DNA of 63,697 nt, the filler included. It is 6 parts of 6 records of this genome, joined end to end, with 100 filler letters (N's around TTAATTAATTAA, not from the genome) between each part and the next. Parts side by side here need not be neighbours in the genome. Positions count along the whole stretch, not along the records: positions 1 to 10,483 come from SRR31156797_24707; 5 more parts are not named here. One strand, written 5' to 3'. The notes below the pieces were generated by a model. It did not search any database, was not told the origin of the DNA, and saw only the letters and a program-made list of their open reading frames with translations. Shown here in pieces: positions 1 to 10,167 of the stretch (the first letter of the stretch is position 1; each line of letters begins with the position of its first letter). The position numbers were made by a program, and so were the translations under genes.

Positions 1-14
1 CAATTCTAATTTTG
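1..14 (+). repeat. Left terminal inverted repeat of the IS (partial)
   Basis: CAATTCTAATTTTG, 14/14 match to the reverse complement of 1720-1733. Confidence 0.8.
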
Positions 15-170
15 GCTTCAAGCCATTTTTGATGTTATGGGTTTTCTTCAACTATTTTTATTTGCACTGCGTAACTATTTGTTATTGAGGAAAATATTTC
101 TCCTGGACATTTGATCCCATTCCTGCTAATAGATAATGGGTAAGTCAACCTGTTATCGCTGGGAACAAAG

Positions 171-1520
171 ATGCCCTCAGGAAAAAAGCAGCGCAGTAAA
201 CTCCAAAAGCTCACTTTCGATAGTATGGTCAGCCACCTTCGCTCAACAATGGCTGGTTTTCCTGATAAACGCACGGGCAAAAACACCCGCTATAGCATTG
301 AAGATGCAGCCTTGGGTGCTTTTTCTATTTTCTTCACTCAAAGTCCTTCATTCTTGTCGTTTCAAGAAACCATGTTGAAAAATAAAGGCAAAAGCAATGC
401 TCAAACCCTGTTTGAAATGGATCAAATTCCTTGTGACAACCATATCCGGGACTTGATGGACGAGGTCGAACCTTCTAATGTGTACCCCACCTACCACTAC
501 ATCTTTAATGTTATAAAGGACTCAGGCCGCTTGGATGCGTTTCGTTCATACGGCGACAAATTGTTGTGTGCACTGGACGGAACGCACTTTTTTTCTTCCA
601 AAAAGATCTATTGTGAAAACTGTAGCACCAAAGAGCATAAGAACGGAACTACGACCTATTACCATAGTGCAATTACCCCTGTTTTTGTTGTACCGGGACA
701 AAACAAGGTTATTTCTCTGCCCCCGGAATTTATTACGCCCCAGGACGGGCACAAGAAACAGGACTGTGAAAATGCCGTTGCCAAACGCTGGATAAGCCAA
801 TTTGGACCATTATATAAAGAACTTGGAATCACCATCTTGGGTGATGATTTATATTGCCGACAACCGATTTGCAATTTGATATTGACCCATGATCTCCACT
901 TCATCCTTGTGTGCAAGCCTGATTCTCACAAAATACTTTATGAATGGATCGAAGAGCTGCAAGCAATGAATGCCGTTGAAACATTGGTGGAAAGAAAATG
1001 GACCGGTAAAACCCACCATATTTATACCTATCGTTTCGTAAACCAGGTTCCCATACGTGATGGCGAAGATGCTCTGGCAGTTAACTGGTGTGAACTGACC
1101 GTCACTTCGGCTGGCGGCAAACGGTTATACAAAAATGTCTTCGCAACTGATTTCACCATATCAAAAGACAATGTCGAACAAATCGTAGCTGACGGCCGAT
1201 CCTGTTGGAAAATTGAAAATGAAAACAACAACATATTAAAAACCAAAGGGTATCATCTTGAACATAATTTCGGTCATGGGAAAAATCATTTGTCCAACCT
1301 GTTATTAACCTTAAATCTCTTGGCTTTTCTCTTTCACACCGCTTTGGAGATGTTTGACGAAACATACAGGCTAATTCGAGATGATCTACCAACTCGAAAA
1401 ATCTTCTTTGATGACATACGAGCATTGACCCGGTATATGTGTTTCAACAACTGGGAGGTGATGCTGACGTTCATGGCACGGGGGCTAGAGTTAGATCTCC
1501 CGGATACAGGCCAAAAATGA
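171..1520 (+). CDS. ISNCY-like transposase
   Basis: Motifs ALDGTHFFSS, CENC, QDCE, LGDDLY, WKIENE, GYHLEHNFGHG typical of ISNCY/IS4-like DDE transposases. Confidence 0.88.
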   Translation: MPSGKKQRSKLQKLTFDSMVSHLRSTMAGFPDKRTGKNTRYSIEDAALGAFSIFFTQSPSFLSFQETMLKNKGKSNAQTLFEMDQIPCDNHIRDLMDEVEPSNVYPTYHYIFNVIKDSGRLDAFRSYGDKLLCALDGTHFFSSKKIYCENCSTKEHKNGTTTYYHSAITPVFVVPGQNKVISLPPEFITPQDGHKKQDCENAVAKRWISQFGPLYKELGITILGDDLYCRQPICNLILTHDLHFILVCKPDSHKILYEWIEELQAMNAVETLVERKWTGKTHHIYTYRFVNQVPIRDGEDALAVNWCELTVTSAGGKRLYKNVFATDFTISKDNVEQIVADGRSCWKIENENNNILKTKGYHLEHNFGHGKNHLSNLLLTLNLLAFLFHTALEMFDETYRLIRDDLPTRKIFFDDIRALTRYMCFNNWEVMLTFMARGLELDLPDTGQK

Positions 1521-1719
1521 ACTGTTTTGGGTGCGATATGTTGAAACCGATCCAAACTTGGCGGAGCGATATGTTCGATTTCCTTGATTTTCATGTGAAA
1601 AAGTTTTGTTTTTCCATCGGGATATTGACCTCCGCTTTTTCTGGGGAAATCAACTCTCACCCTTCATAGATTTCTAACCAATATTGGCCAGTGACGTACT
1701 CTGCACTCAAAGCTGCGGA

Positions 1720-1736
1720 CAAAATTAGAATTGCTG
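1720..1736 (-). repeat. Right terminal inverted repeat of the IS
   Basis: CAAAATTAGAATTGCTG, about 200 bp after the transposase stop; complementary to the window start. Confidence 0.8.
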
Positions 1737-1752
1737 GGAAACGACAGGCGGT

Positions 1753-1782
1753 TTGACATGTAACCGTCCTGTTTTGTATGAT
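1753..1782 (+). promoter_or_regulatory. Putative sigma70 promoter of the waaA operon
   Basis: TTGACA (1753-1758), 18-bp spacer, TATGAT (1777-1782), about 70 bp upstream of ATG 1851. Confidence 0.55.
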
Positions 1783-1850
1783 CCCTTTTTGGGCGGCCGT
1801 GGCTCGGCCGAAAGACGTTGTTTTGGGTAGGGAGAGACCGCGGCACCACC

Positions 1851-3161
1851 ATGAAATTGATGCTTTTTCTCGGCTATAACTGTCTGGCCCTGTGCTGTTT
1901 CCCTTTCCTTCTGCTTTTTGTCCTGTTGCACATCCTGCTGAAACCCCGGCATGCCCGTTTTTATCTTCAGCGGTTGTCCCTGGTGCTGCCCGAAACCACC
2001 CGCAAAACCGGGAAAAGGGCATGGGTTCACGCTGTCAGCGTGGGAGAGGTGCTGGCGTGCGCCCCGCTGATTTGGAGGCTGAAAAAAAACCACGTCTTTG
2101 TTTATCTTTCCACCGGTACGGAAACCGGGTTCGAGACCGCCAAGCGAAGATATGCCGGAGTAACACTTTTCTATTTTCCTTTTGATTTTTCGTTCGCTTC
2201 AGGGCGTTTCCTTAAAAGGATCAATCCGGACGTGATCATGTTGGTTGAAATGGAAATATGGCCCGGCTTTGTTCGGCAGGCCCACAAAATGGGGATTCCC
2301 CTCTACATGGTCAGCGGGAGGATGGTGGAAAAGGACTTCCTGGGGTATTGTCGATTCAAACGGTTTTTCAATCCTGTTTTTTCCATGTTCACGGGCCTTT
2401 ATATGCAAAACAGGACCTATGCCCAAAGAATTCGAACCCTTTGCCCCCGCGGGCGGATTAAAACCCTTGGCAATATCAAGTTTGACGCGCGTCCGGAAAC
2501 AGAAAAGAGCGCCGTCGCGGAACTCCTGCCCGAAGGATTTAACCTGTGCGCCGTCTCAACCCACCGGGGCGAGGAACGGCTCATCATCAGGGCTTTTCAA
2601 TCCCTGTCGGCGGAATTTCCGCAACTGAGGCTTGTGATCGTTCCCAGGCATCCCCATCGAACCGGGGAAATCGTTCGGATTCTCCGGAAACGAAAGATTT
2701 CCCACACCTTGAGGTCCAAAAACGAACAATGCACAACAAAGGTCTTCCTGGTGGACACGGTGGGCGAAATGACGGGAATTTATGACGGGTGTGAAATCGT
2801 CATCATGGGGGGAAGCTTTACGAGAAAAGTGGGCGGTCACAACATCATTGAGCCGGCCCTTTACGGAAAATGCATCCTGTGCGGAAATCATATGGAGAAT
2901 TTCGAGGATATCCATGGGCTTTTTAAGGGAAACGGCGCCCTGGTCTCCACCGGCAGGGACCGTCTGACGGATGATTTGAGAACGCTTATCCCGGATGGAC
3001 CCCGAGTCGACCGGATCGGAAGAAGGGCTTTCGAGGTGGTCCGGAAAAACCGGGGCGCTTCCCAGCGGATCTATGCTGAAATCTTTAATGGGTCCCGGGC
3101 GACCCATGGGATCGGCAAAGACCGGGAGCATTCTCACCCAAAAATCCGGGGTTGTCATTGA
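1851..3161 (+). CDS. waaA: 3-deoxy-D-manno-octulosonic acid (Kdo) transferase
   Basis: WVHAVSVGE, EMEIWP, VPRHPHR, DTVGEM, GGS..GGHNIIEPA motifs; N-terminal membrane anchor; ATG 1851 preferred over TTG 1818. Confidence 0.92.
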   Translation: MKLMLFLGYNCLALCCFPFLLLFVLLHILLKPRHARFYLQRLSLVLPETTRKTGKRAWVHAVSVGEVLACAPLIWRLKKNHVFVYLSTGTETGFETAKRRYAGVTLFYFPFDFSFASGRFLKRINPDVIMLVEMEIWPGFVRQAHKMGIPLYMVSGRMVEKDFLGYCRFKRFFNPVFSMFTGLYMQNRTYAQRIRTLCPRGRIKTLGNIKFDARPETEKSAVAELLPEGFNLCAVSTHRGEERLIIRAFQSLSAEFPQLRLVIVPRHPHRTGEIVRILRKRKISHTLRSKNEQCTTKVFLVDTVGEMTGIYDGCEIVIMGGSFTRKVGGHNIIEPALYGKCILCGNHMENFEDIHGLFKGNGALVSTGRDRLTDDLRTLIPDGPRVDRIGRRAFEVVRKNRGASQRIYAEIFNGSRATHGIGKDREHSHPKIRGCH

Positions 3162-4069
3162 TGGAAAAAGGCCCCTCCTTTATGAGGAAAATAGGTTTTG
3201 TTCTGGAGGCGGCGGCGGTCATTCCCCTGGGGAATCTGGCTGCGTTTATCCCCTTAAAAACCGGAAGGTTTCTGGCCGCGCTTGCGGGCCGGCTCCTCTT
3301 TTTTCTGAACCGGAAGGCATGCAGGCGGGCGGAAAGGAACCTGGACATCATTTATGCCCAAAACCCTCTTGGACCCGTTGAAAAATCGCGCATCATCAGG
3401 AGGCTGTTTATCAATATGGCCGTGAGCGCTTACGAGTACCTCAACATCGGCCGCGTTACGGAAGCCAATTACCTTGACTTTGTCCGCCTGGAAAAGCCTG
3501 GGAGCCTTTTCCGGGCGATCCGTTCCGGCAAAGGCTTTATCGTGGTCACCGCCCACATGGGAAACTGGGAATATTTGGGAAGCATTTCGGCCAAACTGGG
3601 AGAAAATCTGGGGGCGGTCATTCACCGCCAGCTGAATCCCCATACGGACAAATGGTTGCGGAAGATCCGTGAAAGGGACGGCTGGGTAAAATGTTACTAC
3701 GACGAGGTTTCAGACATGCGCGGGATGGTTTCTCACGTGAAAAATGGGGGAACCCTGGCCATTCTTGCAGACGAGCACCGGGCCCGAAACCCGATCCATG
3801 TTCCGTTTTTTGGACGATGGGCCGCAGCCCCGGACGGCCCCGCCAGGCTGCATCTCCGTTTCGGTTCCCCCATTCTGTTTTGTTTTGCCATCAAACAGGA
3901 CGATGGAAAATATCTCTTCACCTTTGACGGTCCCCATGTTTTTAAAGGGACGGGGCATCTGAAAAAAGATTGTGAATATGTGATGGGCCGGATATACCAA
4001 AAGTACGAAAAGGTGATCCGGAAGCATCCGGATCAATGGTTTACCCTTTTAACCGCCAGATGGCCCTGA
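3161..4069 (+). CDS. Lipid A biosynthesis acyltransferase (LpxL/HtrB family)
   Basis: TAHMGNWE catalytic HX4E motif, VPFFG, HPDQW; TGATG coupling with waaA. Confidence 0.88.
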   Translation: MEKGPSFMRKIGFVLEAAAVIPLGNLAAFIPLKTGRFLAALAGRLLFFLNRKACRRAERNLDIIYAQNPLGPVEKSRIIRRLFINMAVSAYEYLNIGRVTEANYLDFVRLEKPGSLFRAIRSGKGFIVVTAHMGNWEYLGSISAKLGENLGAVIHRQLNPHTDKWLRKIRERDGWVKCYYDEVSDMRGMVSHVKNGGTLAILADEHRARNPIHVPFFGRWAAAPDGPARLHLRFGSPILFCFAIKQDDGKYLFTFDGPHVFKGTGHLKKDCEYVMGRIYQKYEKVIRKHPDQWFTLLTARWP

Positions 4070-4076
4070 GGCGATC

Positions 4077-5249
4077 ATGACCCTTGCAATCGTATGCGAT
4101 CGATGGGATAGAAGGGGCGGGGGGTGCGAGCAGTACCTTTCCAATCTGCTGTCACACACGACGGTATCGGGTATCGAGACGCGCGTATATGCCCCACGCA
4201 TCCGTAAGCCGGCCCCCGCGAATGTCCGGAAGATTTCGCGCCTTGGACGTCTAGGCGTATTGAGTAACCGGTATTGCGACAACAACAGTGCCCGGGGTCC
4301 GGCACTGTCCGGAAAAACAATCCTGGCCCTCAGACCGTTTCCCGGCGCGACCCATTACCAGATCCATACCGGGCTCTACGCCTCAACGTTTAAAGCTGAA
4401 AGGGAGTCGTTGCCCTCACCCCTCCGCAGGCTTCTCTACCCCGCGGCCAACCGCCTGAATATCAACCGCCAAAGACTCCTGGGACTGCAGAAAAACTGGC
4501 TGACGGGCCCCCAAAAGCCGTCCATCATGGTCTTCTCTCATCTTACGGCCCTTGAACTAAAACGTAGTTTCCGAATCCCCCTTGAAAAGATCGCCGTTGT
4601 TCCCCATGGCGTTGATCCGGAAAAATTCCACCCCCGGGCCGGGGCTCCATCCGGAACGTCAACCCTCAACAGACCCCGTGGGAGCGGAAAAAGAGCCCTC
4701 CTTCTTTTTGCGGGTCACAATTTTTTCCTTAAAGGCCTGCACTGTCTTCTGGAGGCCATGGGCCGGCTCCGAAAATCAGGAGATGAATTCACCCTTACAG
4801 TTGCCGGCGCCGGGCCGATCCCATACTTCCGACGGCTGGCGGAAAAGCATAAAATAGGGTCACAGGTCACGTTTCTGGGCCGGGTGTCGCAGGATGATCT
4901 TGTCCGTCTCTACAGGGAAAGCGCGGCACTGGTTCATCCCACCTTTTATGATCCCTGTTCCCTTGTGACCCTGGAGGCCCTGGCGTGCGGCTGTCCCGTG
5001 GTGACAACCAAAAGAAACGGCGCTTCCGAGCTCTTTGAATCGGGCAGGGAAGGATTTATTCTGGATGACCCGCGGGATACGGATGCACTTGCCGGTCTAT
5101 TGTGCCGATTCCGGGATCCGCACACAACAAAACAGATGGGTCATGCCGCATCGGAACTGGCCCCCGGCCTGGACCTGAACAGGCACATGCTCCAAGTAAC
5201 CCAATGGCTTGGACTTTCAGGGGAAACCGGGTCTTCCCGCAACCCGTGA
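4077..5249 (+). CDS. Glycosyltransferase family 4 (WaaG-like LPS core)
   Basis: GGGCEQY N-terminus, VPHGVD, KGLHCLLEA, HPTFYDPCSLVTLEALACGCPV. Confidence 0.88.
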   Translation: MTLAIVCDRWDRRGGGCEQYLSNLLSHTTVSGIETRVYAPRIRKPAPANVRKISRLGRLGVLSNRYCDNNSARGPALSGKTILALRPFPGATHYQIHTGLYASTFKAERESLPSPLRRLLYPAANRLNINRQRLLGLQKNWLTGPQKPSIMVFSHLTALELKRSFRIPLEKIAVVPHGVDPEKFHPRAGAPSGTSTLNRPRGSGKRALLLFAGHNFFLKGLHCLLEAMGRLRKSGDEFTLTVAGAGPIPYFRRLAEKHKIGSQVTFLGRVSQDDLVRLYRESAALVHPTFYDPCSLVTLEALACGCPVVTTKRNGASELFESGREGFILDDPRDTDALAGLLCRFRDPHTTKQMGHAASELAPGLDLNRHMLQVTQWLGLSGETGSSRNP

Positions 5250-5250
5250 A

Positions 5251-6699
5251 TTATTTAAGGCCTTCAAAGCATTTACACCAGATAAAATCGACGCTGTTAA
5301 CCGGATGTCCGTTGATCTTAATTTCCATCTTTCCCGCTTGCTGAACGCTCGTGCAATTTGCGATTTTGTTGATATCCTTATTAAAGGAATAAGTATTTAT
5401 GAAAAGCAAATCAAAACCCAAAAGATTTTCATCGCTCCATAAATCAAACTGATCATTGCGTTTGTCCACAACGAACACTCGATTGTCAAATTTTTCATTA
5501 TAAAAATTCGACCTGCTCCCTAAAACCCAGTGATGTACGGCGAGTGCCTTTTTTCGGTTTTCATTTTTTTTCAGCAATATGTTGGCTTTCTCCATGATTT
5601 GATCCCAACCGTAAATATCCTTCAAGGGATGATTCGGGTGCGGAAAAGGGATGAGTTTAAAGATCAGTTCGCCATAAACAAACAGTGTCAGCATGAATGT
5701 TATCAGAACAGACCATCGGCAAAAATTTTGCAGATATTTTTTCCCGCTGATCAAAGCGTAATAGACACCCATGGGGATAAAAAGAAAATAAAAGGTTAAA
5801 CTCCAATGGGGAAGGTTATAAGAGAAAAAACTTGAATACAGGAAAAAAATGAGATTAATGACACCCACTGAAACAAAGAGCCGAACAACCTTTCGCCTGT
5901 CCGTCAATGCCCTTAAAAAACCGTAGAAGGCCAAAGCAAACAGAAAGGGGCTGTAAGCGGCAAATTGTGCAAAAATGGATACGCCGAAGTTTTGCCAGCC
6001 GAATACCCTTTTACCCAGAACATGGTCAAACTGATAATTAAGACTCACCCATTCATTGACGGCATTCCAGTAAATAACCGGCAGAATCAATATGAGAGCA
6101 ACGACAACCGTTACAGGAACATATGGATGAAACAGAATATCCCATCTTTTCTGCCATATAAAAAAGAGCAGGATGGACGGCAGCAACAAGACCGCGGTAT
6201 ATTTCGACAACCCGGCCAACCCAAGGGCCAGGCCCAACAAGACGAACTGTTTTAAACTCGGATTCTCCTCCAATTTCAGGATCGCCAGTATGACCAGCAG
6301 AACAAATAAGATGAGCAGGCCATCGGGCATGAACATCAATGAAAGGGCCGCGATCATAAAAGCGCTGTTGACGGCGATGATGGCCAGGGCCAGAATCGTT
6401 GTGGATCCGGTTATCCGCCTCAGAAGGAGATAGAGGGCAAAGGAAGAGGCGGCGGCGATGAGGATGGCGGGCAATCTGAAGACCCGTTCGGAGGTCCCGA
6501 TAAAATGATAAAACAGGGCCTGAATCCAACCGGTCAGGGGGGGATGGTCGTAGTAACTCCAATCAATATATTTGCCGTAGAGCACATAGTGCGCTTCATC
6601 GACGCCCAAGCCGAAAAAGGGGGAGATAAACAACCTGATTGAGGTGAAAATCAAGATTGTGCCCCATATTATTCGGTTATTTGATAAACAGAGCTTCAT
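5251..6699 (-). CDS. ArnT/PMT-like (GT-C, GT39/GT83) polytopic glycosyltransferase
   Basis: DEAHY..YYDHPPL loop, RLPA, GLAGLSKYTA, many hydrophobic helices. Confidence 0.85.
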   Translation of the reverse strand: MKLCLSNNRIIWGTILIFTSIRLFISPFFGLGVDEAHYVLYGKYIDWSYYDHPPLTGWIQALFYHFIGTSERVFRLPAILIAAASSFALYLLLRRITGSTTILALAIIAVNSAFMIAALSLMFMPDGLLILFVLLVILAILKLEENPSLKQFVLLGLALGLAGLSKYTAVLLLPSILLFFIWQKRWDILFHPYVPVTVVVALILILPVIYWNAVNEWVSLNYQFDHVLGKRVFGWQNFGVSIFAQFAAYSPFLFALAFYGFLRALTDRRKVVRLFVSVGVINLIFFLYSSFFSYNLPHWSLTFYFLFIPMGVYYALISGKKYLQNFCRWSVLITFMLTLFVYGELIFKLIPFPHPNHPLKDIYGWDQIMEKANILLKKNENRKKALAVHHWVLGSRSNFYNEKFDNRVFVVDKRNDQFDLWSDENLLGFDLLFINTYSFNKDINKIANCTSVQQAGKMEIKINGHPVNSVDFIWCKCFEGLK

Positions 6700-6777
6700 G
6701 TTTTATGTTGAAAACGGCTGAAAAATGTAAGGGAAGCGTTTCCCGGCGCAAAGGGCCGCGCATTTTCGTCCGTATGT

Positions 6778-8355
6778 TTATTCACGGAAAACCAGCTGGA
6801 AGAGGATCATCTCCCCGGTGGCGGGATGATGCCAGCGGCCCAATTCTTTGAAGGCCTTTTCAAAGGGTTTGTCAACCAGGTCCAGTTTCCCATCGGGCCA
6901 ATGTTTTTCCTCCCATACAAAATATCGGACGCCTTTTTGTTTGAGGTGTTGCACGAATCCGTTTTCGTCGTTTTTAAAGGCCCGGCCGTCATAATCATAT
7001 TGTTGGGCACAATGGGTTCCCCTGTAATTCAAATTGGCGTAAAACGGAATCCATGGGGGAGAACACTGGGAAGTGGCTATGGCGATTTCTCCGGTTCCAT
7101 CTTCTTTGGAGGCGATAACCGCTGCGATTTCCTTGAAAACAAGTTTGTCGCCCCCCCTGGGCATGAGGTCATTGGGCAGGGCGAAAGCCAACACCAGGAA
7201 AAAAACAAGGGTTAAGGCCGTTTCTTTTTGCAGCCCTGATTTTGATTGGAGAAAACGGAGAATTTTTTGCAGGCCCAATCCCGTGAAGATTGAACAAAAG
7301 ATAATTAAAACGATCATATGCCGATATGCGAGGGTCCAGGTCAGCAATGTGTGAAAATACAATATCAACAGTGCGAAAAAAATCAGCATGGAGAAATAGA
7401 TGATGCGACGATCTTTTTTGATGCTGTTCCCCATCCCGACCGCTCCCAAAACAACAATTACAAAATAGGGGAAGAAAAAAGCTTCCAGGGAACGATTCAG
7501 CAGGGTCCCGATGGTGATCAGCCAGATGTTGTTTCTCGCCTCCGGGAGGAAATATTTCATAATGTCGTATGAGGTATGGTGGACCATATCGGTCAATATG
7601 AATTGGAGGAAATGATAGTTATCAAAGGCAGCCCATATTCTCAACGGAATTTCGTGGAAGCGGAAGATTTCTATAATGGGCCAATTGAATGCCATTTGGG
7701 CCGCAAAAATCATGAGTGTGCCCGTTAAAAGCGGGAGAATAAAGACAAGGGTTTTTTTGAGCCGATGATTCTGTTGGACGGCCATCAGATAGAAACACGA
7801 TATGGGGATCAAAAAAACGGCTTCCACCCTGGCCCATGCAGCCATTAAAAAGCAACAGCAACTGAGAATAAGGGAGGCGCCCTTTCTTTTTTCCCTTTGA
7901 TCCACAAAAAAGTAGAGCCCCAGAGTAATGAAAAACCAGGATATGGGGTCCCTTATGACATAGGCACTGCTCCATACCAGGACCGGCGTGAGGGCGATCA
8001 CCAAAGTGGCGAGCAAACCGATTTCCGTGTTAAAAAAGGATCTTAACAGAAGATAGAGCGGCATCAGCGCGGCAAAACCGAAAAGCAATGAAACGAATCT
8101 GGCGGAGGCGACCCAGTCGCGAAAAATCGAATATGCGCCGGCAATCAAAAATGGATAACCGGATACGCCGGGTACATGGCAGGAGGAGATCTCCTTCCAC
8201 TGGCCATGATAGACGGCTTTCGCCTGGCAAATATATTTCGCTCCATCGGGATTGATAATCATTGTATTCTGGCAGGAATGGAGACGAATGAGGAACGCCA
8301 GCAGGAAAACAAGGATGATCAGCATGGAGGGGTGATGTCTTTTTGGTTCGGACAA
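6778..8355 (-). CDS. ArnT/PMT-like (GT-C) membrane glycosyltransferase
   Basis: PDGAKY, GYPFLIA, ARFVSLLFG, VIRDP, ARVEA motifs; many TM helices. Confidence 0.75.
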   Translation of the reverse strand: MSEPKRHHPSMLIILVFLLAFLIRLHSCQNTMIINPDGAKYICQAKAVYHGQWKEISSCHVPGVSGYPFLIAGAYSIFRDWVASARFVSLLFGFAALMPLYLLLRSFFNTEIGLLATLVIALTPVLVWSSAYVIRDPISWFFITLGLYFFVDQREKRKGASLILSCCCFLMAAWARVEAVFLIPISCFYLMAVQQNHRLKKTLVFILPLLTGTLMIFAAQMAFNWPIIEIFRFHEIPLRIWAAFDNYHFLQFILTDMVHHTSYDIMKYFLPEARNNIWLITIGTLLNRSLEAFFFPYFVIVVLGAVGMGNSIKKDRRIIYFSMLIFFALLILYFHTLLTWTLAYRHMIVLIIFCSIFTGLGLQKILRFLQSKSGLQKETALTLVFFLVLAFALPNDLMPRGGDKLVFKEIAAVIASKEDGTGEIAIATSQCSPPWIPFYANLNYRGTHCAQQYDYDGRAFKNDENGFVQHLKQKGVRYFVWEEKHWPDGKLDLVDKPFEKAFKELGRWHHPATGEMILFQLVFRE

Positions 8356-8427
8356 TGAATGACCCTTTCAAGGAAAGGCGTTTTTGCTGTTTTCCATTTT
8401 GCGGGCGGTCTTTTGCAGGCAAAGGCT

Positions 8428-10167
8428 TCAGGACTTGGCGTAGGTGTAGAGTCTTTGGAAAAGGCCGTCTCCCCTGAGTAAGTTTCTGCGGGTATCGTAC
8501 TGAACGATCCGTCCGTTATCGAGCACCATAATGTGATCCGCGTTCCGGATGGTGGACATGCGATGTGCCACGATAATGGTGGTTCGACCCTGCCAGAGCG
8601 ATTGAAGAGAATCGTTAATCAGATGCTCCGATTCCGGATCCAGGGCGGAAGTGGGTTCATCCAGGATCAGCAAGCGGGGATTGATAAGAAACGCTCTGGC
8701 GATGGCGATTCTCTGGCGTTGTCCCGCTGACAAACGGTTTCCATACTGTCCGATGGGCGTGTCGTACCCCATGGGGAGCTTCCGGGCGAATTGATCCACA
8801 TGAGCGGCTCTCGCGGCAGTCTCGATTTCATCCCTTGTGGCGTTTTCTTTCACAAAATAGAGGTTTTCCCCCAGGGTGGCGTCAAAAAGAACCGGCTCCT
8901 GGGGTACGAAACCGATCTGTTTCCTCAGGCTGTCCATACGGTACCGGTGGATGTCATGGCCGTCCATCAGGATGGTTCCGGAATAGGGGTCCAGAAAGCG
9001 CAAGGCCAGGTTGATCAGGGTCGATTTTCCCGCGCCGCTTGGCCCCACGATGGCCAGGGTTTCTCCAGGCTCCATTTGAAACTGGATGTCCGCCAGGTGA
9101 AATCCGTGTTGATGGTAGCGGAAAGAGACGTTTTCAAAACGGACGCGCCCCTCGATTTTTGGGAGCCTGGGAAGCTTTTTGCTCTTTATGGGTTCCGTGG
9201 GCAGATTAAAAATTTGATCAAAACGATCCATGGCCGCAAAGGTCTTGCCCATGGATCCGAATGAACTGGAAATTCTGGTAATGGGCGTAAAAACAAGCAG
9301 AAGGCATGTCACAAAGGGGGTCAAATTATCCGTGGACAACAGGCCGTGCGTAAACATCCACGAGCAGATCAGGACGAGCAAGCCGATGGTGATAAAGGTC
9401 TGGCACGAAACAATGGCGGGATTGATACCCCTTAATCTGTCCTGCTGATTATGGGCTTTCAAGGCCCTGTTGTTCAGTTCTAAAAACCGTTCTCCCACAC
9501 CCTCTTCCCGGCCGTAGCATTTTATCTCTTTTATCCCCTTCAACGATTCATCCACCATGTTGTTGACCAGGCCCATCTTCTCCTGGGCGGCCCTTGCCTT
9601 TAATCTGATTCTACGCACAAAATAATGGATGGCCCACGTCATGGGCGAAACCAGAATTACGGTAATAACGGACAGGGGTAGTGAATACCAAGCCATCATA
9701 ACCATCAGTCCCAGGGAGACCAGCAGGTTTGGAATCAAGGTCAAGAGGCCGAACCGGATGCCGTCCCCGAAAATTTGAACGTCACTGGATATTCTGGAGA
9801 TCAAATCGCCGGTTCTCTGTTCGGGAAGGATGTTCAGGGGCGCCCGGATGATTTTTCGAAACAATCGGGCGCGAACGGCCGCTTCAACACCATTGCTCAA
9901 GCGAAATTTTCTGAGCTCTCTCTCAAATTCAAAAAAGAGAATGGCAACAAAAAGAAGCAGCCCCCACATGAGATGCTTGAACAAAAGGGCGAAATCCTTT
10001 TTCAACAAAATTTCATCGATGAGGACCTTGGCCCAGTAAGGGACCAGTATGACAACCCCTGAAAACAAACCCATAAAGACCAAAATCAGCATGAATTCAC
10101 GACGATTGTGGCTCAACATGCCCAGGAGGTCTTTAAAATGTTTCGATTTCAGTCTGAAAATGGGCAT
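8428..10167 (-). CDS. ABC exporter, fused TMD-NBD (MsbA-like)
   Basis: Six-TM N-domain with TGDLISR; Walker A GPSGAGKST, signature LSAGQRQR, Walker B LILDEPTSALD, IVAHR. Confidence 0.9.
   Translation of the reverse strand: MPIFRLKSKHFKDLLGMLSHNRREFMLILVFMGLFSGVVILVPYWAKVLIDEILLKKDFALLFKHLMWGLLLFVAILFFEFERELRKFRLSNGVEAAVRARLFRKIIRAPLNILPEQRTGDLISRISSDVQIFGDGIRFGLLTLIPNLLVSLGLMVMMAWYSLPLSVITVILVSPMTWAIHYFVRRIRLKARAAQEKMGLVNNMVDESLKGIKEIKCYGREEGVGERFLELNNRALKAHNQQDRLRGINPAIVSCQTFITIGLLVLICSWMFTHGLLSTDNLTPFVTCLLLVFTPITRISSSFGSMGKTFAAMDRFDQIFNLPTEPIKSKKLPRLPKIEGRVRFENVSFRYHQHGFHLADIQFQMEPGETLAIVGPSGAGKSTLINLALRFLDPYSGTILMDGHDIHRYRMDSLRKQIGFVPQEPVLFDATLGENLYFVKENATRDEIETAARAAHVDQFARKLPMGYDTPIGQYGNRLSAGQRQRIAIARAFLINPRLLILDEPTSALDPESEHLINDSLQSLWQGRTTIIVAHRMSTIRNADHIMVLDNGRIVQYDTRRNLLRGDGLFQRLYTYAKS

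Larger units (their letters stand above)
1..1736 (+). mobile_element. Insertion sequence, ISNCY-like DDE element, left end clipped by about 3 bp at the window edge
   Basis: Single 449-aa DDE transposase ORF. Bases 1-14 CAATTCTAATTTTG are the exact reverse complement of 1720-1733 CAAAATTAGAATTG, which continues CTG to 1736. AT-richer than the downstream genes. Confidence 0.85.
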
